DNA of 57,017 bases, filler included, from Squatina squatina (taxonomy: Eukaryota), in the NCBI GenBank assembly GCA_031763465.1. It is 3 parts of 3 records of this genome, joined end to end, with 100 filler letters (N's around TTAATTAATTAA, not from the genome) between each part and the next. Parts side by side here need not be neighbours in the genome. Positions count along the whole stretch, not along the records: positions 18,527 to 38,657 come from JARFOE010000120.1; positions 38,758 to 57,017 come from JARFOE010000100.1; 1 more part is not named here. One strand, given 5' to 3'. Within the stretch, counting starts at the first letter, position 1, and every line of letters starts with the position of its first letter. Position numbers and translations under genes: made by a program. This document shows positions 34,658 to 49,289 of the stretch, in pieces. The notes under the pieces were generated by a model, which was not told the origin of the DNA, searched no databases, and saw only the letters and a program-made list of their open reading frames with translations.

Positions 34658-36061
34658 ATGGATAAATGCAAGCATGTAGGGCGGCTTCGGCTTGCCCAGG
34701 ATCATTCAATCTTAAACCCTCAAAAATGGCATTGTGTAGACCGCAATACTACAGAGTCAATGTGGGCATGTCTCAGCTGTTCACACGTTGCTTGTGGACG
34801 ATACAATGAAGAACATGCTCTCAAACATTTTCAGGAAAGTAAGCACCCTGTGGCCTTGGAAGTAAATGAATTGTATGTATTTTGTTACGTTTGTGATGAC
34901 TATGTACTGAATGACAATGCGACAGGTGATCTAAAATTGTTGCGGAGCACNNNNNNNNNNNNNNNNNNNNNNNNNNNNNNNNNNNNNNNNNNNNNNNNNN
35001 NNNNNNNNNNNNNNNNNNNNNNNNNNNNNNNNNNNNNNNNNNNNNNNNNNNNNNNNNNNNNNNNNNNNNNNNNNNNNNNNNNNNNNNNNNNNNNNNNNNN
35101 NNNNNNNNNNNNNNNNNNNNNNNNNNNNNNNNNNNNNNNNNNNNNNNNNNNNNNNNNNNNNNNNNNNNNNNNNNNNNNNNNNNNNNNNNNNNNNNNNNNN
35201 NNNNNNNNNNNNNNNNNNNNNNNNNNNNNNNNNNNNNNNNNNNNNNNNNNNNNNNNNNNNNNNNNNNNNNNNNNNNNNNNNNNNNNNNNGAGTTCACGTA
35301 TAAAAGAACCCTCTCAAATTTATGACCCATCAGCTCAACAGGCACCAGCGAAATATCCAGCAGTAACAACTGGCCTTACCTCGAGCACTGTTAGATGGAA
35401 AAAAATTGGTGATTCTCCTATTAAGCGGAGGCCAACCGTAACACCTGGTGTGACGGGACTAAGAAACTTGGGTAATACCTGCTATATGAACTCCATTCTA
35501 CAAGTGCTAAGTCACTTGCAAATATTTTGTGAGTGTTTCTTGCATCTTGATTTAAGTCAAAGCCAAGAACTGCTGGCCAGTACAGCAAATGGGAAAACTA
35601 GGTCTGCCAGCAAGCGATATTTGGTTAGTGACATTAATTCAAGTACATCTTTGATAGATGAGGAAAAGGGGTCAAGGCGACCCAGTCTTTCTGAAGGATT
35701 AAGTGGGGGAGCATCTAGGAGCAGCAATAGGGAGCTCATTCAACTAAAGGAGCCAAGCTCAAAACATATATCTCTGTGTCATGAACTCCATACCCTTTTT
35801 CTGGTCATGTGGTCTGGCAAGTGGGCATTGGTATCTCCCTTTGCTATGCTACACTGTGTATGGCGACTGATCCCAACATTCCATGGATATGCCCAGCAGG
35901 ACGCTCAGGAATTCCTCTGTGAGCTATTGGATAAAGTACAGCAGGAGTTGGAAGCTACATGTACAATGTATACAGCCCCTATTCCCATATCACAGCGGAA
36001 GCTAATCAAAAGAGTTCTGAATGTGATTAACACCATTTTCCACGGACAGCTACTCAGTCAG
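34658..36061 (+). CDS. USP44: Ubiquitin-specific protease 44, first large coding exon (ZnF-UBP and Cys box), internal gap 34951-35289
   Basis: [47 protein letters not shown]...[16 protein letters not shown]...[16 protein letters not shown]...IFHGQLLSQ|gtactg. Acceptor ttgtag at 34602. USP44 rather than USP49 by sequence and by linkage to HAL. Confidence 0.92.
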
Positions 36062-36221
36062 GTACTGATCATGTTATTTCTCAAACCTTTACTGTGACAT
36101 TTTCTGAATATTTAATTGTCAAATAGGGGTATATGACCAGATTGATTCAAAAGTTACAGTTTAAGAAAATCTTTTTTTATGCATTTCAGCTCAGCAGCAA
36201 AGATAACGTTAACAACACAAA

Positions 36222-37020
36222 ATCAGGGATGTGCAAGTGGCCAGAATTAGAGAAGCACAGAGATCTCCGAAGGTTGTAGGCAATGTTCCCTCTAGTTTTG
36301 TTGCCGCACGGGCCATTCAAAATACAGCGCATGCGCGGTTCTTGAATTGAAAAGCCAACTGCGTGGGATCCCTAGAGCGCTGTACAGCCACGCAGCTTAC
36401 AGGGAACATTGGTTGTAGGCCTGGAGGAGGTTACAGAGATAGAGAAGGGCGAGGCCACTGAGGAATTTGAAAACAAGGATGACCATTTTAAAATCGAGGC
36501 ATTGGCCAGTGTAAGCCAGAGAGATGGATGTGGATGAACACGACTTGGGGCGAGTTAGGATACAGGCAGCAGTGTTTGGATGAGTTCAAGTTTACGATGG
36601 GTGCAAGATGGGAAGCTGGACAGAAGATCATTGGAATAGTTGAGTCTGGAGATAACAAAGGCGTGGATGAGGGTTTCCGCAGCTAATTAACTAATGCAGG
36701 AGCAGAGACGGACGATGTTAGGGAGGTGGAAGTAGGCGTTCTTGGTGATGGAGAGGGTATGGGGTGGGAAGCTCTGCTCAGGCTCAGATGGGATGCTAAG
36801 GTTGCAAACAGTCTGGTTCAGCCTCACAGTGGCCAGGGAGAGTGATGGAGTCAGTGGCTAGGGAACAGAGTTTGTGATGGTGACCGTGATGGCTTTGGTC
36901 TTCCTAATATTTAATTGGGAGGAAATTTCTGCTCATCCAATACTGGATGTCGGATATCAGACAATCAGTATGGCAAATCGGAGGCAGTGGAGGGATCGCG
37001 AGAGAGGTGGTGGTGGTGAG
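36222..37020 (-). mobile_element. L2 LINE ORF2 fragment in USP44 intron (interrupted by a MITE)
   Basis: Reverse-complement L2 RT C-terminal sequence (...gatggagtcagtggctagg...ttcctaatatttaattgg...gctcatcca). Homologous to 49290-49900. Confidence 0.7.
36281..36411. mobile_element. 131-bp hAT MITE
   Basis: TIRs caatgttccctcta / tacagggaacattg (13/14 match) and a perfect 8-bp TSD gttgtagg at 36273-36280 and 36412-36419. Confidence 0.9.
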
Positions 37021-38382
37021 NNNNNNNNNNNNNNNNNNNNNNNNNNNNNNNNNNNNNNNNNNNNNNNNNNNNNNNNNNNNNNNNNNNNNNNNNNNNNNNN
37101 NNNNNNNNNNNNNNNNNNNNATTTGATTGAGAGAAGTAAAAGACAGAGTTTAAAAAAAAAAAAAAAAATTTTTTTACAAAATCTCCAACAGTAATTAAAA
37201 CTTGAAGAAATGAGACTCCACTTCTATCATAAGCCTGGAACAGCTCAAGGACCAGGGTAGGACAGCACCGTGTGTTCTTCTCACCAAAGTTTGCAAGCAC
37301 CGGGCACATCTGCACATACCTTTCAAGATGCAGTTAATGAGCTTGAGGTAGCACTGGGCGAGGAGAAGCAAGTGAAAGTGACAGGATGAGAAAACAATCT
37401 ATGTGCCATCTGATATTCACTAGGAAGTGAGCTGAAATAGTTGGCTATCTTGACTGATGGATCAGTCACTTGTTTCATAGATCTGTGGGCAGACACTGGC
37501 TAATGCTGCAAATGATCCCTCTGGTAGACTGAAAGGAGGCAGTGCGCATTTTTGACCGTGCTGCCGCTATGCTATGGAATGGAAATGGAGCAGATCTGCA
37601 AAGGACTCCATGCTGATTCCGAAACTGTGGAGTCAATTTTCTACAGCCATTACCGAGCAAGTGTGCCAAGGCCTGCTCGTATGGTTGGCAGCATGGGTAT
37701 GGCCAGTCTGGCTGTATCCAGTCCAGCTCTGAAGCCTGCTAAACTGCCTGACGTTTATTCTTTCAACTAATACAATGTAAAGTAAGATACTGTGCTTTCA
37801 AAGCAACTGACAGCAGTAAGGTAGCAGAGTTCCCAATGAGCACTGCACTGTACAGCTAGTTAGCTACTATGGGCACACCTTTTGATGGAATAAACCTTTG
37901 GTACTGTGGGGCACATTGTACATGTCTGTCTTTAGGGAATCTCCTGTTCTACAGAACTTTTGGAAAGTTTTTCAGTACTATCAATTTTGCTGCGATACTG
38001 ATGATGATGCCACTGCTTTTCTCCTTTCGTAAATATTCCCTTTGTTGGCTAATCCAGAAAACCAGGCAAATTACTTTAAATCACGAACTGAAGCATAAAT
38101 CAGCTATTGCACATTTGCTGCAAAATTAGAAAATGTTTAAACATTAGCTGAAAAATATTTAATTGCTTTTTCCCCTTGGCTTTAAATTGGAACCTAAGCC
38201 AGCTTCATATTAACACCAGTTTATAATGGGATGTGCTGTTAGGTGGGACTTCTGCTCAAACAACCAAAATGTGAACAGGCTGACTCAGGATGCTCATTAG
38301 CATACATAATTAGACTCTCAGTGAATTACATGGGCTCAAAATCACTGTAGCTATATCACTGACTCATATCCTTCTGAAACAG

Positions 38383-38581
38383 GTTACATGCCTTGCTTGT
38401 GACAACAAATCCAACACAATTGAATCCTTCTGGGACCTTTCTCTAGAATTTCCTGAGAGATACCACTGCAATGGAAAAGAAGCTGCTTCCCAGCATCCTT
38501 GCTTGTTGACTGAAATGTTGGCAAAATTCACAGAGACGGAGGCCTTGGAAGGGAAAATTTATGCCTGTGACCAGTGCAACA
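38383..38581 (+). CDS. USP44: USP44 second coding exon
   Basis: aaacag|GTT...AAC A|gtgagt encoding [66 protein letters not shown]. Phase matches the previous exon. Confidence 0.92.
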
Positions 38582-38657
38582 GTGAGTAAAGAGGATGTAC
38601 TGTCTATGTACACTGTGGCGATTTAATCAGTAAAGAGCAATGTTGTAGTTTTCCTTT

Positions 38658-38757
38658 NNNNNNNNNNNNNNNNNNNNNNNNNNNNNNNNNNNNNNNNNNN
38701 NTTAATTAATTAANNNNNNNNNNNNNNNNNNNNNNNNNNNNNNNNNNNNNNNNNNNN
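38658..38757. other. Artificial scaffold-concatenation linker
   Basis: 44 N + TTAATTAATTAA (38702-38713) + 44 N. Confidence 0.95.
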
Positions 38758-39095
38758 CCCACCTCAGCGCACAGGGGGGTCGTGGGCGAGTGCTGAGGAG
38801 CCGGCATGATGATGTAACGCGTCCGAAGCCGACACCAACTGTGCTCCTGGTGGCGAGGCATTTACTGCACCGGGGTGCCAGGCCCAAGGCCTCAGTTTTC
38901 ATTTTTAGGCCTCTCAGCTGATTTCACGCCTGGATTGTGCCGCTAATCAGTGCAATCTGGGCATGAGGTTAGATGGATTGGGGCCCCTGAAGGGGCCGAA
39001 GAGAAATTTTCAAGATTTTCTTTACTCTTTAGGGTGTGTTTTTTTTCTGATTTCTTGCCTCTCCCAAGAGATTGCATGGCTGCAGGGATTGGTAT

Positions 39096-39726
39096 AACAA
39101 CAACAGCAACTTGTATTTATATAGCACTTTTGACATAGGCGCTTCACAGGAGTATTATAAAACAAAAAATCTGACACTGAGCCACATAAGGGGAAATTAG
39201 GGCGGATGACCAAAAGCTTGGACAAAGAGGTAGGTTTTAAGGAGCGACTTAAAGGAGGAAAGAGAGGTAGACCAAGTCCCGTTCACCCATCACCTCATAG
39301 CTGACCTACATTGGCTCCCGAATAAGCAACACCTCGATTTCAAAATTCTCATCCTCGTTTACAAATCCCTCCAAGGCCTCGTCCCTCCCTATTATTATAA
39401 CCTCCTCCAGCCCCACAACCCCCCAAGATATCTGCACGTCTCAAATTCTGCCCTCGAGCATCCCTGATTATAATCGCTCAACCTTCGGTGGCTACCTAGG
39501 CCCTAAGCTCTGGAACTCCCTCCGTAAACCCCTCCGCCTCTCTACCTCTCTTTCCTCCTTTAAGATGCTCCTTAAAACCTACCCCTTTGACCAGGCTTTT
39601 GGTCACCTGCCCAAATTTCTCCTTATGCTGCTCGATGTCAAACTTTTGTCCTATAACACTCCTGTGAAGCACCTTGGGACGTTTTACATGTTAAAGGCGC
39701 TATATAAATACAAGTTATTGTTGTTG
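39096..39726. mobile_element. Two L2 3' ends joined head-to-head (minus 39096-39271, plus 39272-39726)
   Basis: The left part is the reverse complement of 39541-39726. Both end outward in (ttg)n/(caa)n tails. Confidence 0.8.
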
Positions 39727-40842
39727 ACACCACCTTCTGTTCGTGAAATGTCCTGTTTAAAGTGCAGGAGATCTCACTCAACAGGAGAGAGAAAAATTGC
39801 ATAATATTTATAAAGTTCCTGCTTGTGGGGTAGATGCTATTAGATTTTAGTTAAATGTACAGAGTTTATTAAGTACAGATGAGATGAGCCATTTGGCCTT
39901 TTAGCTCATTCTTCCATAGAAACTTATCTTTTCCCGTTGGTCCTGCATTGTGGTTTTAACTTGAATTAGTGCTCAAGGTTAACCTTTTTCCACTCAGTGA
40001 TTTTCAAGGCTGTAAGATCCAAGCTTTTCTAACCTTTCCTCATAACTCAATGCTTTGACACAAGGTATCAGCCTTTTGGCCCTTAGATTACACTATCTAA
40101 CTGTGAAGCCCTAAATTTTGAGATTTTTGGTTTGTAACTGCCAAATGAACAATTGCATGGAAACAGTGAACATTTGAAAATTATTGGAGTCTTTTGAAAT
40201 AGAATGGAATCTGAGGAATAGGCTGGTTCAGACAAGCTGAAGAAATGAAATATAGAAACAGCCTCGGTTATGATGCTAAATGTAGTAAATTCCATCAAAA
40301 TCAAGAGGATCTGACTCTGCATTTGACAGTAAGCAGTTTACTGTTTGTTCTTTTAAAAATATTTTTGAACACTCACTAACAATTAGATCCTCCACTCTAA
40401 ACTGAAAAGCANNNNNNNNNNTAGGAAACCGGCACTAGTTCAATTGTTTTCTTAAAAATGGCTGGTGCCTATGTTTGTGCTTCATTGCATTGCATCAAAG
40501 AATAGTAGTCGATGGTTTGCACCTACAATTCCCCACGTGGTAAGATCCCACTCTTAGCTGTGGTGATTGGGAAATGGTCCCAGGCATTTCCCTGTGGGAA
40601 TAGAGAGTCACCCTTGTCTATTTTTTACACATCTTGTGGCATTGTCAGAGGGCTGGGAGTAAGTTGCTTGTCCACCCTCTCAGCTGTTTTTTTTTGTGCA
40701 AAAATATCTGGACTTGGGGAAATGGATAGAAAATATAAATGCCTATCATAAAAGGAGCATTTTAAAACATATAACTGGTCATGAAAAGTGGGCTTTAAAT
40801 GTTGTTTCTTTTGTCGTTGCATTGTAAATCTAATGTGCCTAA

Positions 40843-41082
<240 letters not shown>

Positions 41083-41985
41083 TAAACTTATAGGGAGATC
41101 AAAATTATAGGGAATGTAGAAAACTGTAGATCAGGTAATCCATTGGATTCTGTAAATTAACAAGCAGAGGACATTATTTCAATGTAAGCCTAAGACAATG
41201 AATACAGCAGGCTATTTGACTACATAAGACATCAGAGATGAACCTGACTATCGTTATCCAATGTTCATGAAAACCGACTCTTCAAAGGATTAACTCAAGA
41301 AACTAAAATAGTTTGTTACAGCATTTTTCTCAAGTTTGTTCTCCAAGTAATTAATTTAATTACATATTTGTTATGATTTTGAGCTATTTATCTTCTACTA
41401 TTACCAATGGCAAGATCTAGAGAACTACCACTGAGGTCCTGGATGCATGTAGAGGGACAAAAAGCCTGTGTCAGTTTTCTGCACTAACAGGTGAGGTAGC
41501 TTCATTAAGTCTCGAACAAAGTTACAGGATAATTGAGATCAGTAATAATTACAGCCTAGTCCTTAAAAATTATATAATAAATAAAACAAATGACCAAATT
41601 TCATTTGATACTACAGAAAAACATTCAGGTACATTTACCGAGAATAAATGTCACTCGCATGCCTTTGAAATGATGTTTAATGAAACTCAGCCAATACATT
41701 CGTTCATTTTCATTCTGAAGGAGACAAGGTCATTGACGGACAGGGTCGACAGCTTTCATTAATGTCCTGTATTTGTGTATATATTGCCATCGCTCAGCTT
41801 ATTGATGTATAATAATTACATCTTGAACAATTTGTTCCAGTTTGCAATTTTTCAATTAATTTAGATAATCAGTGAGGGTGTTTNNNNNNNNNNNNNNNNN
41901 NNNNNNNNNNNNNNNNNNNNNNNNNNNNNNNNNNNNNNNNNNNNNNNNNNNNNNNNNNNNNNNNNNNNNNNNNNNNNNNNNNNAA

Positions 41986-43116
<1,131 letters not shown>

Positions 43117-46100
43117 TTTAAGTTGCTTTGCTTCCAAATAATTACAGTGGAACAAAAGCCTGTTTTCGGTTCTGTGGTTAATCTAGTTCTTATGCACTCT
43201 ATTTTACTGACTAGTTACAATTCATTGTACGAAATAAAGGCATCTTGTTTGTATAAGGTGTATCTTTTGGATCTCTCCATATCGTGAATGTACTGTAAAT
43301 AATTACACACAGGGTTATCAAGCACCAAGTTATTTGTGTCCTTTAGACTTTTGCCCCAGAATCTGTTCATAAGAAATTGATGAAGACTATCTGATCAGTT
43401 TCCAGTACCTTTTTACAGTAAAACCTTATCTCCTTTCCCTTGCAAAGCCCTTGCCCCTTTTTCAAGTCTCTCACCTCTGCCACTGTGAATCTCTTAAATT
43501 GATTAATAGCAGTAGTATAACAGTTATTATATACCTACCTCTGACCCGTTTCATTTCCAACATTTAAGTCCTCTCCTGCACAAAAAAGCCCACATATTGA
43601 TTAATGAAAACAAGGCATTTTTAACTGAAAAGTTAATTTTAAGAACATATTTACAGACAGGTATTTTGTGCTAGTTCCTCATTATCCTGACCCATGTTTT
43701 AGTAACTTTCTATTGTTTTCTTTAGGCCATCCCCTTTCCTATATTTGGTATTTATTGCCAAGAGGGCCTCTGTCTGGTATGTTGTGCCTCAGGGCAGTCC
43801 ACAATTACTTGGTCACAAATTTACTGTTCCCTTGAAGAAACACCTCATCTGTTGAACTTTTTCCCCTCTCCATTCCCTTTCACAGGGTGATCATATATAG
43901 ACTGATCACTCCACTGCTCATCGCGCTGCATCTACATATAATACCAAAAAAGAGAGATTTTAAAATCAGAAGCTTAAAAATACAGCAAGAATTATGAACA
44001 CCTCCAAATTAACAATTATTCTGTAAAGTACAGAACAATAATGATGCATTGAATTAAAACGTCCAAATAGTAAAAAAAACTTGAGGCATTTGATTTCCCC
44101 ACTCCCGCAACTGTTGGACGAAAGGCGGAAACAGGAATATCGGGCANNNNNNNNNNAAACATGCATTCCATAGTATTCAGCCTTTAGTCTGCCAGAATGA
44201 AATAAAACCATTGCAGACTAAGAAATGGCAGCCAACCACTTTCAGCAGGCCCACAAAACAAGAGCAGCTATTGTCATCATACGGCGTGACTAAGAGGAAG
44301 TATGTTGCTCCTTGTGGCATTACATCATCTCCCAAAGCAGCACAAATCTAAATCCTCATTACCAACGAGCTCCAACCTTCAACTGTCTGCAAAAACACAG
44401 CAACGTCAGTAATTGCTTTTTAATGACTGCATTTCACATTCACAATCAAGGCTTTTCAGCAACCGTTACTCAGTGGCGGGTAACAAAACTCCCACTGGGA
44501 TTATGAAATTAAGTAAAACTGCTGCTTTTTCTGCAGTACTGAAAGAGGCGGTGAATTTGGAAAAAAGGAACCATGTGTTTTTTAATACTTCGCAGAACAC
44601 TGGAGAGAAGAAAATTTCTTTGCCCAACACAGCAGAGCAGAGCTTTTTACAGCAGATTAATACAGGTACATTTCACAAAATCAGACAACCTATTGTTCAT
44701 TAAGTTTGTTAAAAGTACAATTATAGTGAACTGGCTAGCTGTGGACACTTCAAGCACCGAACAAACAGGAAATTCAGTTCAGCGCTCTTCATCCCATTTT
44801 AAAAAATAAACCTGATGACTCGGAACTAATTCTCCTATGGCAAAACTGTTACATGAGGACACATGCAAGGTACAGTAGAATTGATTTAAAGGATTAGTAT
44901 TTTCTCGAGACTGATTTTTTGTTTTGTTTACGGAGTACATTTGCCTATTTGCAGTTAACATAAACAATGCGGAATAGTCGACATCGACTTTTCCCACTAA
45001 CTTTCATGAACAGAGGTAAATGTAGCCCAATGCAAGGAAAGTCAATTCTTAGCTAATAATGTTAGGCACAACATGGTTAGATGCAAAGCAGATACCATGC
45101 CTCAAATCTAACCACGGCAAAGGATCTTCTCTATACTAGTGTACAAATTTTCAACTTCTCGCACCAATCATCCTTGTAACCTGAACCTTTCAATTGTTCT
45201 GAACAGCAGGCAGTAGTGTAGACCTGTAACCATTACAAATTGGTTGGAATTGGCACCCTCATCTTACCTGGTAACTTTGCAGATATGGTCTCACCCAGCA
45301 GTGAGAACACTACACCATCCATTTCTTCTTCCTGCTTCCCTCCCCATATACAGTGGTTTTATTACACCTTAATACAATCAATCTCAGGCATTAGGATTTA
45401 GCATACGTATTCAAAATAAACACTCCACTCACCAATATTTTCCTCCTCCCTTAAAAAAAAATAAAAGCTCACAACTTGCCGAAGATACTTATATGACTGA
45501 AAATAGTCCGTCAGAACCTCATCTACCCTGTTTAAACTGTCCAGTTTCTGAAGTAAATAACTGCAAAGAATACATCTTAAATGTTTATTTAGAATCTGCA
45601 GCAGGTTTCTTTTGCATCATCACAAATAACTCAGATATGTTTCTCAGCAGATTGAAAATGTATGCTCGAGTTCCCCTGAGACTGGGGCTGAAATTGGTTA
45701 GGAACTGTGTTTAGGGGCCTAACCAATGGCACACAGGCAGTGAGCGCCCCAACCAGGTGCTCAACTGAACTTTGACCAAAAATTTGAGCTAGTCTATCTA
45801 CCTATCAGGAAAGATTGAACAGGCTGGGGCTCTTTTCGCTAGAAAAGGCAAGAGTGAGGGGGGTGAAATTCCCCGTCCTGACTCGCTCGGTTCGCGCTTC
45901 CGGGAGGTCCTCGCTGGGTGGTCAGTGCTTTGCGGCAGCCAGTGGTGCTCCTGCCAGCNNNNNNNNNNNNNNNNNNNNNNNNNNNNNNNNNNNNNNNNNN
46001 NNNNNNNNNNNNNNNNNNNNNNNNNNNNNNNNNNNNNNNNNNNNNNNNNNNNNNNNNNAGTTACAGCAGGAGATGGGTGGAAAGCACTAGGATTCAGAGC

Positions 46101-47811
46101 CACAACATAAATCAATATTTCCCTGTAAGTGCACACAACCAAGAGGCACAGAGAAATTTGTAAGAACAACCAAGAAATAGGCTGTAGCAATAAAACAAGA
46201 ACCTACAGGTGAAATGGGGAAAAAAGACTACAAACAAAAAGGAAAAGAATAATTATTTACGGTCACAGGTACAGCATAAATAAATATATTCTGAATAGAA
46301 TGCTGACTTAACTTGAATCTGTATCAACAAAGGGATGAGATATGCCGCTTCATCTTCAGGCAGCTGTATTTAAACATGAAAATAGTACAGGACACTGCCT
46401 TTCACAATGTATACAAATTAAATTTATTCCCAAAACTTGATACAATATATAGTTTTACACTAAAGGATACTTTTATAAAATGTTAAACCATGTGTATGTT
46501 TTTAAAATCTCTAATCCCAAAAGCACAACTTTTCAAATTTACGAAGCAGCAGGAAATGATTGTAAAACTTTGCATGCGAGTATTCACGCGGCAACATTTG
46601 CAAAATGGGGGCTGATAGTTGGTCTTGCAGTCCCAGAGGCTGCTGTTCATATATAAATAGATACAGAGAGGCACATAGTTTACAATTAAATCTAAAAGAC
46701 TTAATAACAAGCACTATTTGTGAATCACCATAAAATGTAGAAAGCACAATACTGAGTTTAAATTGTCACTAAATTCTAAACCCAGCCATAGAACCATAAC
46801 TATCATTTGTTCACTTGGGGACAGNNNNNNNNNNNNNNNNNNNNNNNNNNNNNNNNNNNNNNNNNNNNNNNNNNNNNNNNNNNNNNNNNNNNNNNNNNNN
46901 NNNNNNNNNNNNNNNNNNNNNNNNNNNNNNNNNNNNNNNNNNNNNNNNNNNNNNNNNNNNNNNNNNNNNNNNNNNNNNNNNNNNNNNNNNNNNNNNNNNN
47001 NNNNNNNNNNNNNNNNNNNNNNNNNNNNNNNNNNNNNNNNNNNNNNNNNNNNNNNNNNNNNNNNNNNNNNNNNNNNNNNNNNNNNNNNNNNNNNNNNNNN
47101 NNNNNNNNNNNNNNNNNNNNNNNNNNNNNNNNNNNNNNNNNNNNNNNNNNNNNNNNNNNNNNNNNNNNNNNNNNNNNNNNNNNNNNNNNNNNNNNNNNNN
47201 NNNNNNNNNNNNNNNNNNNNNNNNNNNNNNNNNNNNNNNNNNNNNNACAAAAGCAGGAGCCTGCTGTTTTGTGAAACCATTGGGAAGTATTTTATTGTAT
47301 TATATGTTTTGAGAAAAGTGTTTGTTTATTCAGTGTGGTGTCAAGCATGGCTGCATGCTCATACATTTGTTCATTATCAAAGCCAGTTTTGCCATTAAGA
47401 CTCTTGTGTTCAGTGTAGTATTTCTAAGGAGTAGTGAATTACATTCAAAATTGTTTTAATGCACTGTTTAAAACCCAATAAAATTGAACTGAGTTTCGTT
47501 TACATTGTGTTTGACTCAAATGCACATAATGTAGCGCAGAGTTACCTAAAATGCCTTTGGCCTTGACATGCTGTGGAATTAATAGGTATGAAGGCATAAT
47601 GCATTGGTCTGAAATTCCTCTGTCCACTATTTTAGCAGAACCATTTTAAACGGGTTAATCGCTCAAATAATGGAGAGAGGAAATTCAGATGAAAGTGTTG
47701 GGTTTTCAGCCACCATTATCGCGTACTATAATTTCAAAGCCTTTATTTAATAAGAAAGCAAATTTGTTTACTTTAGTAGCCATAGGTAAGACTCTTTAAA
47801 GAATAAACACT

Positions 47812-48476
47812 GGGCGCCCAATTGGACTCTGTCCAAATCGGGTGCTGCATTAGCCTGGATTGCGCCTCGCTAGCAGCAGGGCACATCTTCACGGCCTCTT
47901 AGAAGCCATTTCGAGCCAGCGTAATGTGGCAACGCTAAATCAGTGTTGTCACGGTGCTGACCCGGCCAATGCCGCGTCACATCTGGGTTGTGCCAGTAGT
48001 GTGGCGCGAGCTATGCTGCTGGCACAACCGATGTGGCCCCGCCCCCTGCCTTAAAGGCTTGCGCAGCAGAAGCGGATCGAGGGCCCACGGGGCCAGCAGG
48101 TAAGTTTTTTTTTAAATGTCATCTGCTGGCAAAGATGGGAGTGGTTTGTTGGGCTTGATCGGCCGCCAATCATCGGTCGACAATAACATCAGCCGATGAG
48201 AAAAGATGGCAGCCAACGGCGCCTTTAAGGGCCTTTGGCACCGCCAGAGGAAACCTATCGGTGTCAGCGCCGGGGGTAGGCCGTATTCAGTTACAGAAGC
48301 GGTGCCCCCGTGGCGCACAGGAGAGTTAAGAGTGGGTGGCGAGGGGTCGGCACGCGTTGTGATGCATTTACGCCGCCAACGCGCTGGGCCCAATTCCACA
48401 ATTTCAATTATTTGGCCTGGATTGCGCCGCTAATTGGCACATTGTGGGCATGAGGTCAGACCAGTTGGGCACCCCC
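47812..48476. mobile_element. GC-rich non-autonomous DNA element, possibly Harbinger-type
   Basis: Imperfect terminal inverted repeats gggcgcccaattgg / ccagttgggcaccc. The right end (cctggattgcgccgctaa...gggcatgaggtcaga) recurs at about 38928-38975. Confidence 0.45.
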
Positions 48477-49289
48477 TAACTTAAAATAGGCAATTTTTTA
48501 ATAGTTTGCAGAGTCTTCAACCTTAGAGGTGTCACTACAGGGAAACGCCAAATGAGAGCCAGGCACCTATCACTGCTGGGCAGGGATGGTAGTGTCNNNN
48601 NNNNNNNNNNNNNNNNNNNNNNNNNNNNNNNNNNNNNNNNNNNNNNNNNNNNNNNNNNNNNNNNNNNNNNNNNNNNNNNNNNNNNNNNNNNNNNNNTCTG
48701 GACACAGGTAGAAGATGAATATCAAAATTTACTACCAATATCAAATTAGACGGGATGGTAAACGGAAAGGAAAAATGCAGCAGGGTATCAACAACTTAGT
48801 GGAATGAGCAGCTAAGTGGCAGATGCAGTTCAATGTAGTGAAACATGCAGTACTTCTTGAAAACAAAACAGCAAAAGAATACTTAAAATGTAAGATCGTT
48901 AAGGGAGTAGAGTGAGAGAGAGAGAGAAGGGATGTGGCAGGGAAATGAAATTAGGTGGATAGTTCTTTCAGCCAGCTGGAGCAAATGCGAAAGGAGAAAG
49001 GCTACTTTCTGTGCTGTGAAACTCAATGAGTATGAATATTCACAGAATCTACCTGCAAAGTCACCTTGGACAATCTTTTCCACATGTCCACCACTCTCTG
49101 CCAAAAGTAGTTAAATCTAAACTGTCCGTGTACCTTCCCTCTCCTGTGCTTGAGCCCATGTTTGCGGCAATCTCAAAAATATTCAGGGTTCAATTCATCT
49201 AATCCCTTAAGAATCTTGAATACTTGAACAAATCTCCTCAGCGTTTTCTGTTCTCCAGAATGAATAATCCCAGGCTCTTCAAAAGGAAA

